Assembly: GCF_018350175.1 (NCBI RefSeq)
Contig: NC_058368.1
Location: 53,322,001 to 53,386,000, forward strand
Origin: Felis catus
Lineage: Eukaryota
Direction of reading: 5' to 3'
DNA: 64,000 nucleotides
Numbering within the stretch: position 1 is the first letter of the stretch; each line of letters begins with the position of its first letter. The position numbers and the translations under genes were made by a program. Below, piece by piece: positions 14,130 through 28,063 of the stretch. The notes under the pieces were generated by a model, which saw nothing but the letters and a program-made list of their open reading frames with translations, did no database searches and was not told the DNA's origin.

Positions 14130-17100
14130 AATGAATAAACACTAAAAAAAGAAAAATTTAAATGTCAAGAAAGCAAAATTTTCCAAATAACATCAGCTGT
14201 ACTCTCTAAAATTTATTCTTATTTTCATCAGATTAATGGAAAGAATTATTTTAGCTGACAAAAATGGGGGGGAAAAAAGGCCCTACATTATTTAACACTT
14301 TCAGTATACCTAATAATGTAAACTTAATACTGAATAACCTTACAAGTTAACATACACTCCAGCCAAGGTCTGATTTTAGGTGAAGTCAAATACAAATTAC
14401 ATTGATATTTAATCTTGAAGGACATTCAAAAGTGATAGGGGGAAAAGTAAATGTTTAAACTAATTATGGATTACATGGTATTTGGGCCCCAAAGGTATCT
14501 GTTACATGCTTCCCAACACATACAGGCAGCAAAAATAATCAGACTGAAACTTTCTGCAGTAATAATGTGGAGAAACTAAGGAAATGAACACTACTATAAA
14601 GACTAGATTTTCCTAGTTTGACGATTTGAAGTTTTTATAATTCTATGATAACTTCTATCAGGTAAACAGTACATAAAATGTGATCAAACTCCTGCTTTTT
14701 GAAAGTAAAAAAACTTACTCAAAATCACACAATATTTCAAAAATAGTTTCATTTCATTTCCAATTTTCCAAATTTAGAACATAAGCAAATTTTCCATATT
14801 CCTTTATAAAAGTATTCTTCTACTGTATTAAGTTTCTTCCTAAAATAAGCAAAAACCACAAAATTACTTCATAGCTCTTACCTGTAAGTTAACCAAGGTT
14901 CCAAATCGACTAAAATGTTCATTAAGTTTGCTGATATTATTTAATTCTGGAGGAACTTTTCTAAGTTCAAGTTTGGTATTTTCATTTCCAAACTGAACCT
15001 TTTTCTGGAAGCCTGGGCTGTTTGTTCTATTAAAATTTGGCCTGTAACAAAAATCAAGCTGATTAATACATTCATTTGTAAATCCTGACCCCTATCAAGT
15101 ACAGATTAATGAGGTTTTACAACTTAAGCTTAATTTTTTTTTCAAAACTGAAATTACTGGTTGATAAAGAAAATTCAAATTTCTTCCAAAAACTGAAATT
15201 TCCATTAGTAGTATATGTATCTTTCATAGAAGCCAAATGAGAAGGGTTCTTGTCATTTATCATGTTCCACTTTAAATCCATTCCTACTTAAAATTCTTAG
15301 CAGGAAAGATCCAGCACCCTCTTTCAATAAATTTGCATATATAATTTTTGTTGTACTTCTGCAAAAGCTAGCTTACTGAAATGTATCCTATTCTAAAACA
15401 CTGATTAAAAACAAGAAATGACTGTTTTAACCACTTTCCAACTCAGAAAAAATGTCAAAACTATAGCCCATAAATTTGACTATTGAATAAAGGACAAAAC
15501 TGTGGCCCAGGGAAGTTACCCTGCTTGCCTTAAATCACAGAATTACAGGCAGAGCCAGAACTAGGTATTAGCCATTATTAAATGATATTAAAGTATGAAA
15601 GTGTGATCCTCTCCTTTAACTTGCAAATATTCATAAGAGAATCATCACACGCACCCCAAAATTCAGATTCCTTACCTCTTTCTCTGAAGCCCTTCCCTGA
15701 CAATTTGTGTCTATCCAGCCTCCCCTGCTCCCCAAAAGATCACTTTCTAGCTCTTAACAGGACTGGCCTACATGCTAAAGCCTCCTCCCAAACCAGACCC
15801 AACCTCCTTCCTTAATGGGCTCATGACTATCCTTTATATAGGTAGTTTTCAGTGACCTCTCTAAGTGAAGGGGTGTTTTATGGGGAGATGCAGGATGACA
15901 GAAGGAAGAAAAACTGTGTCCTCAACTACCACACCAATTCCATTTGAAAATGCCTCCCAAGTGCCAATTAACTTAAAAACTTTTGGAAACCAATGTACAC
16001 ACTAGTGTGGCATCGCCTATAGAACAAAGTTATAGAGCATTCATTTAAAAGAGAATACTATACTATCATAATAATATTCCAGTATTCTAAAAATCACTGC
16101 ATAATAAAATTCCTCAATTTTCCCTGCCAGCTTACTTATCAAACCAGGTCTTCTTTGTAGGAGCTCCAGGCTCCCCGGAACCAATGGTTCTTTTCCTTGA
16201 TTCAGAATCCACTACTATCCTCATACTGCTTTTATTAGGAGGCTTTTCTATTTGAAAAGAAAAGAGAGCACAGATTAATATTTTCTGTTTATCATAGCTA
16301 TTTCCTTAAATGCAGAGTGAAAACAAAGTTCTGGCTTTTGTCCAAATATACATTCTTGGAAGAAATAGTTAAATGTATGTTCACATATAGTAATTTAAGG
16401 GATTTTAACTTATTTTGAGTTCATGTCATATGTAAGTAAAGAAGACTCAGTAATTCTTACATATCAAGTTAAATATGACTTTGTAAGCTACTTTTTGGGG
16501 GTGTGGAGGGTAAAATCCATATCACTGTTTCCATTTGCCATCACCCTCGCCATAAATAAGTAAATGTACAAATAAACAACAAATAAACTATCTTGAGGCT
16601 TTGAGTTCATAGTTTTGAAATCAAATGCACAACCTAAAAGATTCAAAATTTAATATTAATCCAATGACCTTTCTTTAAGAACTGATAACTCAGAGTTGCG
16701 ACTGAAGTGAGTTGCCTATTTAGGTACCAACATAGTAACATAAAGTATACTTGACTTTAAAAAGTAAATATTCAAGACTGAAATACAGTGCAGAAGAGCT
16801 ATATATATCTGCTACTTTCAACACTTTACATTTACTTTGTTGGAATTTGACAAGCACAGTACACTTAACCTGTTATTCCCAAATGACCCTAAAGCTTAAA
16901 ACATGCAAACCTTAATCCACACAGAAAAATATAATGGATACATTGATTGCATACATCCTATTCTTAGTATTTTTGAACAAATAGCTAGCCAAAGGAACTG
17001 AGGATTTTTCAGCACAATCTCTCTCGTGGATGGCTACAACTATGATCTCCACACAGAAGATGGTATCAATCTTTCTACCACACACAAGCTCTGCTCTAAG

Positions 17101-20100
17101 AATAAGTCCTAAATTTTTAATTTGTTGGTTTTCTTTGGCCATCTTCTGGAAATCCTACAGGTTTCTCAAAATTCACTACAGTATATACAAAATACAAATT
17201 ATCTTTATATCAAATGTATGTTTTAAAATCTTTGTTAAACATTACTATCAATGAAACTAACATTCTCCCAATCATATTGATTTCTGACTCTGCCCATATC
17301 CCTTCAATTCATCTTGCATATATTTCCTCTCATTTCTCACTGAGACAATCTTAGTACAAACTTGCATTACTTTTCATGTAATCTACTGTACTAACTGCAT
17401 TTCTGCTTCTGGATTCTCCTTCCAGAAATTTATCCTACATAAAGAACTGGCAAAATCAGTGCCCCACAGCTCTGCTGCTTTCCTCCCTCTTCAGCCTCTT
17501 CCTCTAAACTGACATTTCCCTCCCATTAACACTGAAGCTCGGGGCGCTTGGGTGGCTCAGTCAGTGAGTGGCCGACTTCAGCTCAGGTCATGATCCCACA
17601 GCTCATGAGTTCGAGCCCCACGTTGGGCTGTGTGCTGACAGCTCAGAGCCTGGAGCCTGCTTTGGATTCTGTGTCTCCCTCTCTCTCTGCCCCTAACCCA
17701 CTTGCATTCTGTCTCTGTCTCTCTCATAAATAAATAAAAACATTAAAAAAAAAAAATTGAAGCAAGCTCAAATTACTCCATATTTATTTATTTATTTTAA
17801 TCTTTATTTATTTTTGAGAGAGAGACAGAGAGCAGGGGAGGAGCAGAGAGGGAGGGAGACACAGAATCCAAAGCAGGCTCCAGGCCCTGAGCTTTCAGCA
17901 CAGAGCCCAACATGGGGCTCAAACTTACAAACCGCGAGATCATGACCTGAGCTGAAGTTGGACGTTCAACCGACTGAGCCACCCAGGCCTCCCAAATTAC
18001 TCCATTTTTAAAAGAAACTGCATAAAACTACTTCCTCTCCAGACACAGGTGTCTCCCTCTCTCTCTCTCTCCCTCCCTCCCAACCCCCCCCCCCCCAGCT
18101 ATTTCCTAAGAGGTGTCTGTCTACATTTGCTAACTTGCTTCCCTACTACCAATTTCCTCTGGAAATTGGCAGCTGCTTCCATTACTGAACTTAACTTGTT
18201 CATCCGAAATTCCCTGATGTCCTAACTTGTTGCTTAAGCTTATAAATAAATCCCAATCCTTCTCTTATTTGACCTCTCAAGAGTATTAAATGCTGTTGAT
18301 CACCTTCTTCTCCTATCTTCTCTTGATTTGCAGGACTCTGAAACAGGATTTTTGACCTTACTCCTGTCTCCCAAGCCTGGATCAGTAGGTTTTTTGAAGT
18401 CTTTGAGCTATCAAATATCCTTTTTTACTTTATTATGTTCTTTACTTGAAGGTTCACTAAGACAGTAGTAAGTTTTCCCCCCAGTCACTGTGATGTGTTT
18501 GTTCCAATTCATCTATGTTCTCTATCAGATTCTCTTTCATTGTTATTTATTTAAGACTGTTAAAAAAACAAAAGCAAATTCTTCTTGGTATATAATTAGC
18601 AAACGTGTCTATTAGTTATATGTACTTTTTCCCCCAATATCCTTTTAATGAATTGGGTTTTTTTTTGCTGACAGCAAATGAAAAACCACTCAGCCCTTAT
18701 TTCTATATATATCCAGTGAAGGGAACATCCATCAAATTCTCTACCTCCTTAGAAATCTGAAAAGAACAATTCTCAGGGCCCCTCGGTCACTTTTATACTA
18801 GGAATTCTAAGGCATCAATGCGCCTATATTTTTTCATTTGTTTAATAATGAGAATTCCTCATAAGTTTAAAGTATGAAACATAATGATATAATTATCACA
18901 TAATAGTCTGTGACAAATTTAAATTAAGGCCATCTACAGACTATAAGAAATGTACATACAGTATTATATAATAAACAATATTAAAAACTTTTAATTATGC
19001 ATCCAGGACAATAAATTTCAAACCAAATAGGCAAAAGATGAAAACTTCTTAGGGGGGGAAAGAATGACAAGAGTTGAGAAAATATTAGTATAAGTACTAC
19101 TCAATTTAAATGGGCTGCTAAATCAGTTCTGTGGTACCGAGAAACAATGTTATTACTGGAAAATATATTCCTAAACCAGGTCACAAAAATAGTACGGGGT
19201 GTATCTGAAGAACAGTACTAAAATAATCACTATGTACAATGATTCTATAGGAAAAGGCATTTAAATTTCTAACCATATATACTAGACATTTCTCTCTCAA
19301 CAGGGCCACTTCCTGTAACTTGTAACTACAAGCATGTGGAGCTGAAACTAACCTCAGTGCAACTTCTACATTGTTGCAAGATTGTTTGCAGGGAGTGTGG
19401 TCCTTCTTCCTTTCCTTAATAACCAACAAAAAAGTTTGCCTGGCATTGGAATGGGTCTAGTAAAGACTGATCTGTAGTAGCATATATTTATGCCATTCCA
19501 AAGCAGCAAGGTAAGAGATGACTTCACGTGGGAGGTTCCAGTAAGAGCAAGAAGTGTTGATTGGCATGATGAAAAGAAAATACGTGCTAAGTAGTGACCA
19601 AAGAAAAAAAGGGTTTTGGGGTGCCTGGGTGGCGCAGTCGGTTAAGCGCCCGACTTCAGCCAGGTCACGACCTCGCAGTCCGTGAGTTCGAGCCCCACGT
19701 CAGGCTCTGGGCTGATGGCTCGGAGCCTGGAGCCTGTTTCCGATTCTGTGTCTCCCTCTCTCTCTGACCCTCCCCCGTTCATGCTCTGTCTCTCTCTGTC
19801 CCAAAAATAAATAAACGTTGAAAAAAAAAAAATTAAAAAAAAAAAAAAAAGGGTTTTCTCTGAACTAGTCAAGTAAGAGATTTGAGGGATAAAGAGCCAC
19901 AATCTTAAGTGGCTTATAACTTTCATTTATGAGAAATCTTATGTCCCTTACATAAAACTGTTAAATCTTTTCTTTAGTTGTTGTTAATGATAGCTATTAG
20001 AATTCCTCAATGAGAATTTAAAAGGTATGAAGGGAAAGGTGGCATCCACATGAAATGCTTTCCTCTGATGTCAAAGACGATATAAATTAAACTGGATATA

Positions 20101-23100
20101 AATTATAATGTTCCTCATATCTCTATTATAAAAAGTGCTTTGAACACTGAAGTTAGATGCTCAGAATCCGATAGTTTCAACAAACAAATAAAAAAATGCA
20201 AAGTATAGTAATCACAAGCTTACTAAACCACATTAGGTATTGACTGTTAATTAACAAGTTGGGTTATTTTATTTGTGATTAATGAGGCATGACTTTTTTT
20301 TTTTGACTAGAAAAAAAAGACAGCAAGGCAAGACTAGAAAGAAAATGGAATTTAAAAATTAGTTGAATTAAGGAAAAAGATCTGTAAGTATTGGCCTACA
20401 TAATATTTTCCACTATGTCTAACAATCCCTCATCCCCTGATGTCAAATACTATCTGTAGCAAACGCTCCCTCTTTCAAACAAATACCAGTGCTCTCCCTC
20501 CTCTGAACCTTCCTATCAGTTTGCACCCCCAGGACAGTTTTGCTCCCAGCAGTCTATACATAGGTCCCCCCAGCTTCTGACTTTATCATCAAAACTCTTA
20601 TCGTCTTCTCTCATTTAGAAATCTTATCATATAGTCTGTCTCCTCTAAGAGAATTTTAGAAGCTAATGAGTCACTTCCTAAAAAATAATTCCTTTTGCTT
20701 AATGTAACAAATTCAATACATGTAAAATGCATATCAACCACAAGTTTGTAAAGCTGATTTCATTATCCAATCTATGAAAAAAATATCTATTTTCAGGAAT
20801 TAAGCATTATTTTCAAGAGTTTAAATGAACCAATTAAGACTGCAAATGATAGAAAATACCCCAAAAAGCTACCTTAGAAAATATGTACTTTTGGGAAATT
20901 CCTTTCCCCTTAGGTGGCAGAATAAAGTGGCACCAGTAACAGAAATAGAGAATCACACACTACCTTTTCTCTTAAGAGAGACCAAAGCATCAGAGGAATA
21001 AACTTAATCACCATCCCTTTCTCAACCCCAATAAATGCAAGACCACATTCTTTACAAATGTCTTGCCATTCATGATATGAAAATGATAAGAAGAGAAGAT
21101 TAACCGGGGTACCTCTGGGTGGCAAATCCATATCCCCTGATGTCAGTCCTATCAAGTTAGGCCTCTGTGCGTGCACTCTGTGTCTATACATAGGTCTGGA
21201 AGTGTTTGTTATGCTGGGGGCTTCAGGATTGTAGCCGTCTGTGTCATATGTATCTGGTAATACAAAAACTGTAATTAAAAAACAATTATAAAACGCCACT
21301 TGGTAATATTTTTACATTGATAATAAAAAAAAGTACATTACACAACATATTCTAATATACAGCTAACATGCTGTATGTATCAAAAAGAAAATTTAGTTTT
21401 ATAAAAATGAAAATGTTTTTAAACAAAATATAACTTAGTTTTTAAAACAAATCATAAATGAGGACTTGCATTTAACATCCATTCGCTATATCTACATCTT
21501 ATTCTATAGGATTTTAGTGAGAAAAATAAACCTAATAGAGCTAGTCAGTCTCTAGACGTTTTTATATTCCTACCTAAACTTCTGCTCTAAAACTTCATTA
21601 CATTATGAATACAAAGAGGGGCAAAACTGCACCTGCAGTAAAAAGAGAGGGTGGAGCAGGAGGAGGCTGGTGATGGATGCCAGTCGTTACTACGGTAGGA
21701 ACAGAACTGGTTGCAGAGTTTGGGGGAGCATCCATGCCAGATGGCTGCAAAGGAGGAAGTGGAGGTGGTGGTCCTGTCAAAACCAAAGAATAAGAAATAT
21801 CATCTGAAAGCAAACAAATAAAATAAGTTACTATATATCCAAACATGATATTCTCATTTATCAGCACAATTATAATATCTACAAACTCCCAAGTTCTTAC
21901 AACTGTATTAGTTTTCTAAGGTAAGATATCCTGTTAATGTATACCAAAAACAGGTTTGTCTTATAAGCTATAAAGGACTACTGGCAGCTGGGATTCATCA
22001 GGGACGTGCATTAAGTCAGGGCCACTCCAAACCACAGTAAACCATAGGTCTGGCAAAGCCTGCGTAGTCAGAGTATATTCTAAGTAAGAGTACCTTGCTC
22101 TTAGTTTTTAGCAGGCAACTATAGGATTACTTTAGATATTTTTTAACAAAAGCAAGCATCAAACCATTAACTTTGTAAAGACTATGAAGAGACAGATATT
22201 AGGCACCAGCAAGCAAATGTAGTTACTTACCTGTGACAGGTGGAAGGCTGGGTGGTAATGGGCCTGGTGGTGGCACTGGGGGTCTCAGATTCACAGGTGG
22301 GGGTGTAAGAATTGGTGGAGGTGGGGGAAGTCCAGGAGGAGGAGGTCCTTCAACAACTGGAGGCTGTGCTGGGAAAGGCAGCATGCCAGGAAGATTCACA
22401 TCTTCTACAACTACGGGGTCACTTCCGTGGTCAAAAGGGCACATGTCTCCTCTCATACAGAAACCTTTTTCTGTAAGTAAGAATAATTAAAAATACGGTT
22501 AAGTGCTGAATATATAAATTTTCTATAAGTTATCAAAGGCAAGACCTTTAAAAATAAAAAAATTTTAATATTGGGCCAGTTTAACTATATAAGAGCTAAT
22601 TTCCAGTAATATAATTTTGAAGTAGATAATATAGCTAACACACACATTAAAAAATACATCACCAAATTAAAATAAGTCTACTTAGCTAGCAAGACATAAT
22701 ATATAACTTTTATAACATAATATACATATTATATAGTATATATACTTTTTGTCACTAGAAATATTTCATTTAAATCTCACCAAAAACTTTAAGACTATTG
22801 CAACTACAGCCTTAATACAAATTATAAAACTTTTACAGTAAAACTTTAAGAGTCTTCATTAATAAAATTCTTATACAGGTGAGAGTCACATGTCTAGGTT
22901 CTGCTTACATGCCAGTAACTATTTACTTCTAAAGAAGTAAGTTTTGTCAAGAATGTTTCAGTAGCAGATTCTCAAATAACTCAGTAAATATTTTTGTTTG
23001 GTAAACTTCAAAAATATATTAAGATTTATGTGTAAATAAGCAATATCTTTAAATTGGTATACAACAGTCAGTGGTGACTAATGAAGGTTTAAATAATATG

Positions 23101-26100
23101 AGGAATTCAAGAAGTGCCTAAGACTAATTTACCACCATTTCCAATACATTAATTATCTTTGAGTAACTATAAAATCTAGACTCATAGAATGCTGTCAACT
23201 GGAAATACTGACTCAGTACATCATGAAACATTAGAAAGACTTACCATCATAGTCTCTACACCGTTTCTTTGGCATGGGTGGTCTTACATATGAGTTATGG
23301 TCCACTTGGTCTTCATGAAATTCAGACCAACTTTCGGTAGTGTTATTACCATGATGAGTAGGAGCAATTACTGTAATAGTGCTGCTCAAAGTAGGTACAG
23401 GGTAGTGACCAGATGATATATTGGGTACCGAAGAGACTGGAGTATAATTGTTTTCTAGTGGATCTGTTCTATCCAGGTCGTATTTAGGTTTTACTAGATC
23501 CCTTTCTGCAACAAAATATAAATGACTTATAAAATTATACTCTATTAAAAAGAAGTCCCAGATCTACAAAACAGTGGTAATTTTGCTGAACAGAAAAAAA
23601 TGTTCATATTTTACACAGTCCTCCTTTTCTTTTGAAAACTACTAAATGATATACAATGTTCCAAGATCAGCGGTTTCTTTTCAATATGACCTATACTATA
23701 AAATTACATATCATGTTGCTATACTTAATGAACATTTTTTCTGTTTACAGAAAAAAAGAGATTTTCTTCACTACAATCTTAGAATGCATAACTTCAACCC
23801 ACAAAACATACAACTAAAATATGGTTATTTTTTCTGTGATGAACATTTGTCATCTACCTAAAGTTCCTAGCATGCCTTTTTAATAAATACCATACATTAT
23901 TAATAATATTAATGGTGAAAGCTATTTATTGAAGATAGAAATGGATGAGCGAAGAGGAAGGAAAAAAAGTTCATATTAAACATGAACAAAAACATTAGCT
24001 AGGCTGTCTATGGTCCCAAGGAAAGAGAAAAGGATTAAGGAGACTAGTTACATAAAGCGATATGTGGAAAGGCCTAGTACACCTAGATCACAGAGGAGGA
24101 AAACACTAAGAAAAAAGTAACAGAGAGGTATAAAGCTCATACGCAGACTTGGTATAATAGAAATAAATATTGTTTCCCAATAACTAAAGGTGACTGTACA
24201 ATATAGGCTGAAAGAGTAGCAAAAAATCTAAGCTTGAGTAAAGGTGTTTTATTTGCAGGTGTTTTAGTTGTTTTTATCTCCTATGGTTTCTTCCTTTCAA
24301 TAACACACACTGGAAGAAAAATTATACATGTTGGAAATGACATGCTCTTGCAAATACACACATCTGAAATGAGAAATTTAATTGTTTTCTTAATTTTAAG
24401 GTATAAACTGAATACATTTATACAATTTAATGAATTGTATCTATGTATACACATGTGAAACCAAACACCGTAACCAAAATAATATACACACTAATACATA
24501 ATCATCACCCCCCAAAAGTACCCTTTGCTCCTTAATAAGTCATCTGTCCTTTACTCCATGCCTGGTGACCACGGATTTGTTTCCTATCACCATAGATTAT
24601 ATTTATATATAAAATTTTAGAAAATGCAAATTATTCTTTCTCGTCTAGCTTCTTTCACTCAGCAGTATTATTTTGAGATTCATCCTTGTGTCACACACAT
24701 TATCCAAAGTTCTGTTCTTTTCATCCACTGTACGGATGCATCAGTTTATCCATTCACATGACATCCGAGTTGTTTCTAGTGTTTGGCTACTGCAAATGAA
24801 CGTACCATGATCACTCATGTACAGTCTCCGTAGAAATACACTTCTGTTTCTCTTACATAAATACTCAGGCATTAGGATAGCTGGGTCATTCAGTATGTAT
24901 AGATTTAATTTTTAAGATACTATAAAAGTATGTTCCAAAGAGTTCAGTTTATTTCCATCCTTACTAATACTAGATAGAGTCAGCCTTTTCACTTTCAGTC
25001 ATTCTGAAAGGCATGCAGTGGTGATTCACTGTGGTTAAAATGTGCATGAAATAAAAATTTTAGAAGAAATTTTTAAAAAAGCATTCACTTGGACCACAAA
25101 ATACATCAAAATGGAAAAAAAGAAGACAACACTAACAAAAATTAAAACTGTTTTTAAAACCCTCAAATACAGTTTTTTCACAATAGAAGAATGCTAATCA
25201 GAATATACATATATATGAATTATTTACCCCGGCTTCGTGTTCTGCTTCTGCTTCTAGTCCTACTTCTATCCCTATCCCTGTCACGAAGTCTCTCTTTACT
25301 CCAACTTCGACTCCGACTCCTGCTGTAACTGCGACTTCGGCCTCGTCTTCTATTGTACCGATCTCTGTATGAATCTCTTCGAGGAGGGTTTCGATCATAA
25401 TCTCTTTTGCGAGAACGATCATCTTTTTTCCTCTCATCACGACTTCTAAAGAAATAAATGATCACTTTTAGGAAAATAATTTTTAAGTGGATACAGGAAA
25501 AGAATCATTAAATGCAAAAGTATTATTTAATTCTTATAATGTTATGATTCCTTTAACCCACCGCAAATATAGGAAACTCAAACTGAAAAAACTGAACATG
25601 ATCTGCTCAAGAACTCTAAAACCTTTTAAAGGAAAAAAAACCTCCCAAATAACTCAGTCCTTTGTCTTATACACAAAGACATTTTTACATTTAGCATCTG
25701 TACATCCTGTCGTATAGAACATACAATCTTGTACATGTAACTCATACTTACAGGCATGTATCACATATAATTGGCCTCTAAATGCTTTTGAAGCCTTAGT
25801 GGGGAAAAATAATTTATTCACACTAAAGGGAAAAATTCATGCAAAAAACATTCTCACACTAAGATTTCACTGGAATTTAAGATGGAAATAAAAACAATAG
25901 CAATAATTAATGCATGCCAAGCACTTTTCTAAACATCACTTCCAGAACCTACAAATCCGACACAAATACTCTTGGTAAGAAAGGACTGAGTTGCACTGTC
26001 CTAGACCAATAGAAGAGTACACACTACTTGCCCCTAAACAAAAGATAATCAGTCTAAGCATTCATATAAAAGATATCCAATGTCTGAACAGTGAACATGG

Positions 26101-27981
26101 TTCAATAAATCGATCACCTATTTTCTCTGTATCGGGAACTTGACTGGGGAGGACTATGATTTAGCCTTCTGGAAAACTTCTTCTCTCGCTCTTCCTCCTT
26201 TGTGATCTGATATACAAAGAAAAATTTGCTAAGTTTAGCAAGTTATTCCTTGCCATATTACTATTTCAGTGACTTAACTGATATTAAAACAGAAAAGCGT
26301 TTTCTTCTAAAAGCATTAAAAATATACATTTCGAAGTACAATCATTTCATTTAACAATAGAAAAAAGGCTTGTTGAAAGTTAAAGTAAATTCAAACAAGA
26401 CTCAAAAATGTTTATCTTAGATAGTAACAGCTGTGAAAAAACATTTAGACAAGTGTTCTCATTTTAACATTATTAGTCTAAAGCCACTTTTATTCCTTCT
26501 TTCAAAATTCCAACATACATTCATGTTTTGGTTTCATGAATTTGGTCTGGCACCAAACACATTAATAAATATAAGAGAATGCATTAGAACTAACCAAGTC
26601 AAAGGGCAGCTAGGTGACTCATTTGGTTAAGCGTCCGACTTCTGCTCAGATAATGATCTCACAGTTCCTGAGTTCGAACCCCACATTGGGCTCTGTGCTG
26701 ACAGCTCAGAGCCTGGAGCCTACTTCGGATTCCGTGTCTCCTTATCTCTTTCTGTCCCTCCCCCACTTGTGTGTGCGTGTGCACGCTCTCTCTCTCTCTC
26801 AAAAGTAAATAAACATTTAAAACAATTTAAAAAAATTTTTTTCAAAAATAAACAAAAAACCAAGTCAGAAAGAGAGACATATGAAAAAACAATAAACAAG
26901 GTGAAACAGTTCTTCAAGTTTCTCATAGCAGTACAGCAGCTATACATTCCTCCTTTCTACAAGGGGCCTCCATTCATATTACATTATTAATAGAAAGCAC
27001 CCCTGGAAAATATTCCCTTTACCAATGCTACTTTTCTGAGGCCAGAATTTTCCATGCTGTACTGTCTAGAACACAGGTTACATAGGACATTAACAGGTGT
27101 TACCAGGAAAAACAGGATTTAGAGGATAAACAAATAGAGGAAATATTGAACATGTGGCTTCTGTAAATATGACAGGGCTCAAGGTTTTCCATTTTTAACA
27201 AGAAGTCTAAGATAATCTGATGCAGGCAGTCTACAGGATAATATAACTGTGTCCATTTATGCCAGTTGTTCCAATATCCCTCTGGGAGGAGCCTCTCACT
27301 GTCAAAAGTGTTCTATGTTGGATGAAAAATGGAAATCCTATCACTAGGCCAAACTTCAAGAAACACTGCTTAAAAGCCTTTTTTAATGCGAGTCCATAGG
27401 GTAAGATACTATGCATAAAAGAGTTAAAAGTAAACCTGAGACTGTTAGCCTCAGAAAGGCCTGCTTCTTGTAAGCTCTTGGCTTGCATCTGTGAACTTTG
27501 ATTTCTGAAGGGTTCCCATCATTCCCTGACAATAATAGCTCACTATATGCCTGAATTGTCTGTGTAAACAATATGGTTTTAGGCTGAACACATGCTCTCC
27601 TCTGGGAGTTTGAAATCTTGGTACATATTAGGCCGAAGGTTCATGTGTGACCAGCCCTAAATTGAAACCCTGGGCACTGAGTCGCTAAGAGCTTCCCTGG
27701 TTCACACGTGTTGAACTACTTGTTAAGATCTTCTGTGATTCCACTGGAAGAAGCCTATGGAAGCTTGTGCCTATTTTCCCCCAGACTTTGCAACACCCAC
27801 TTTTTCCTTTTCCCTATGCTGATTCTGCTGTAAGAAATCACAGCCGTGAGTATGACAACAGGCTAAATCCTACGACTGCTCCAAGGGATGTTCTTGAGAA
27901 ATCTCAATACAAATACAAAAAGTAAAATTCAGTTTAATTATTCCATGTATGTTAAAAAAAATTTTTTTAATGTTTATTTTT

Positions 27982-28012
<31 letters not shown>

Positions 28013-28031
28013 CATGAGTGGGGGGAGGAGC

Positions 28032-28063
<32 letters not shown>

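Noticed and set aside
22233..22490. Gly-rich 85-aa ORF on the plus strand
   Set aside because: It is the antisense shadow of the Pro-rich exon 7
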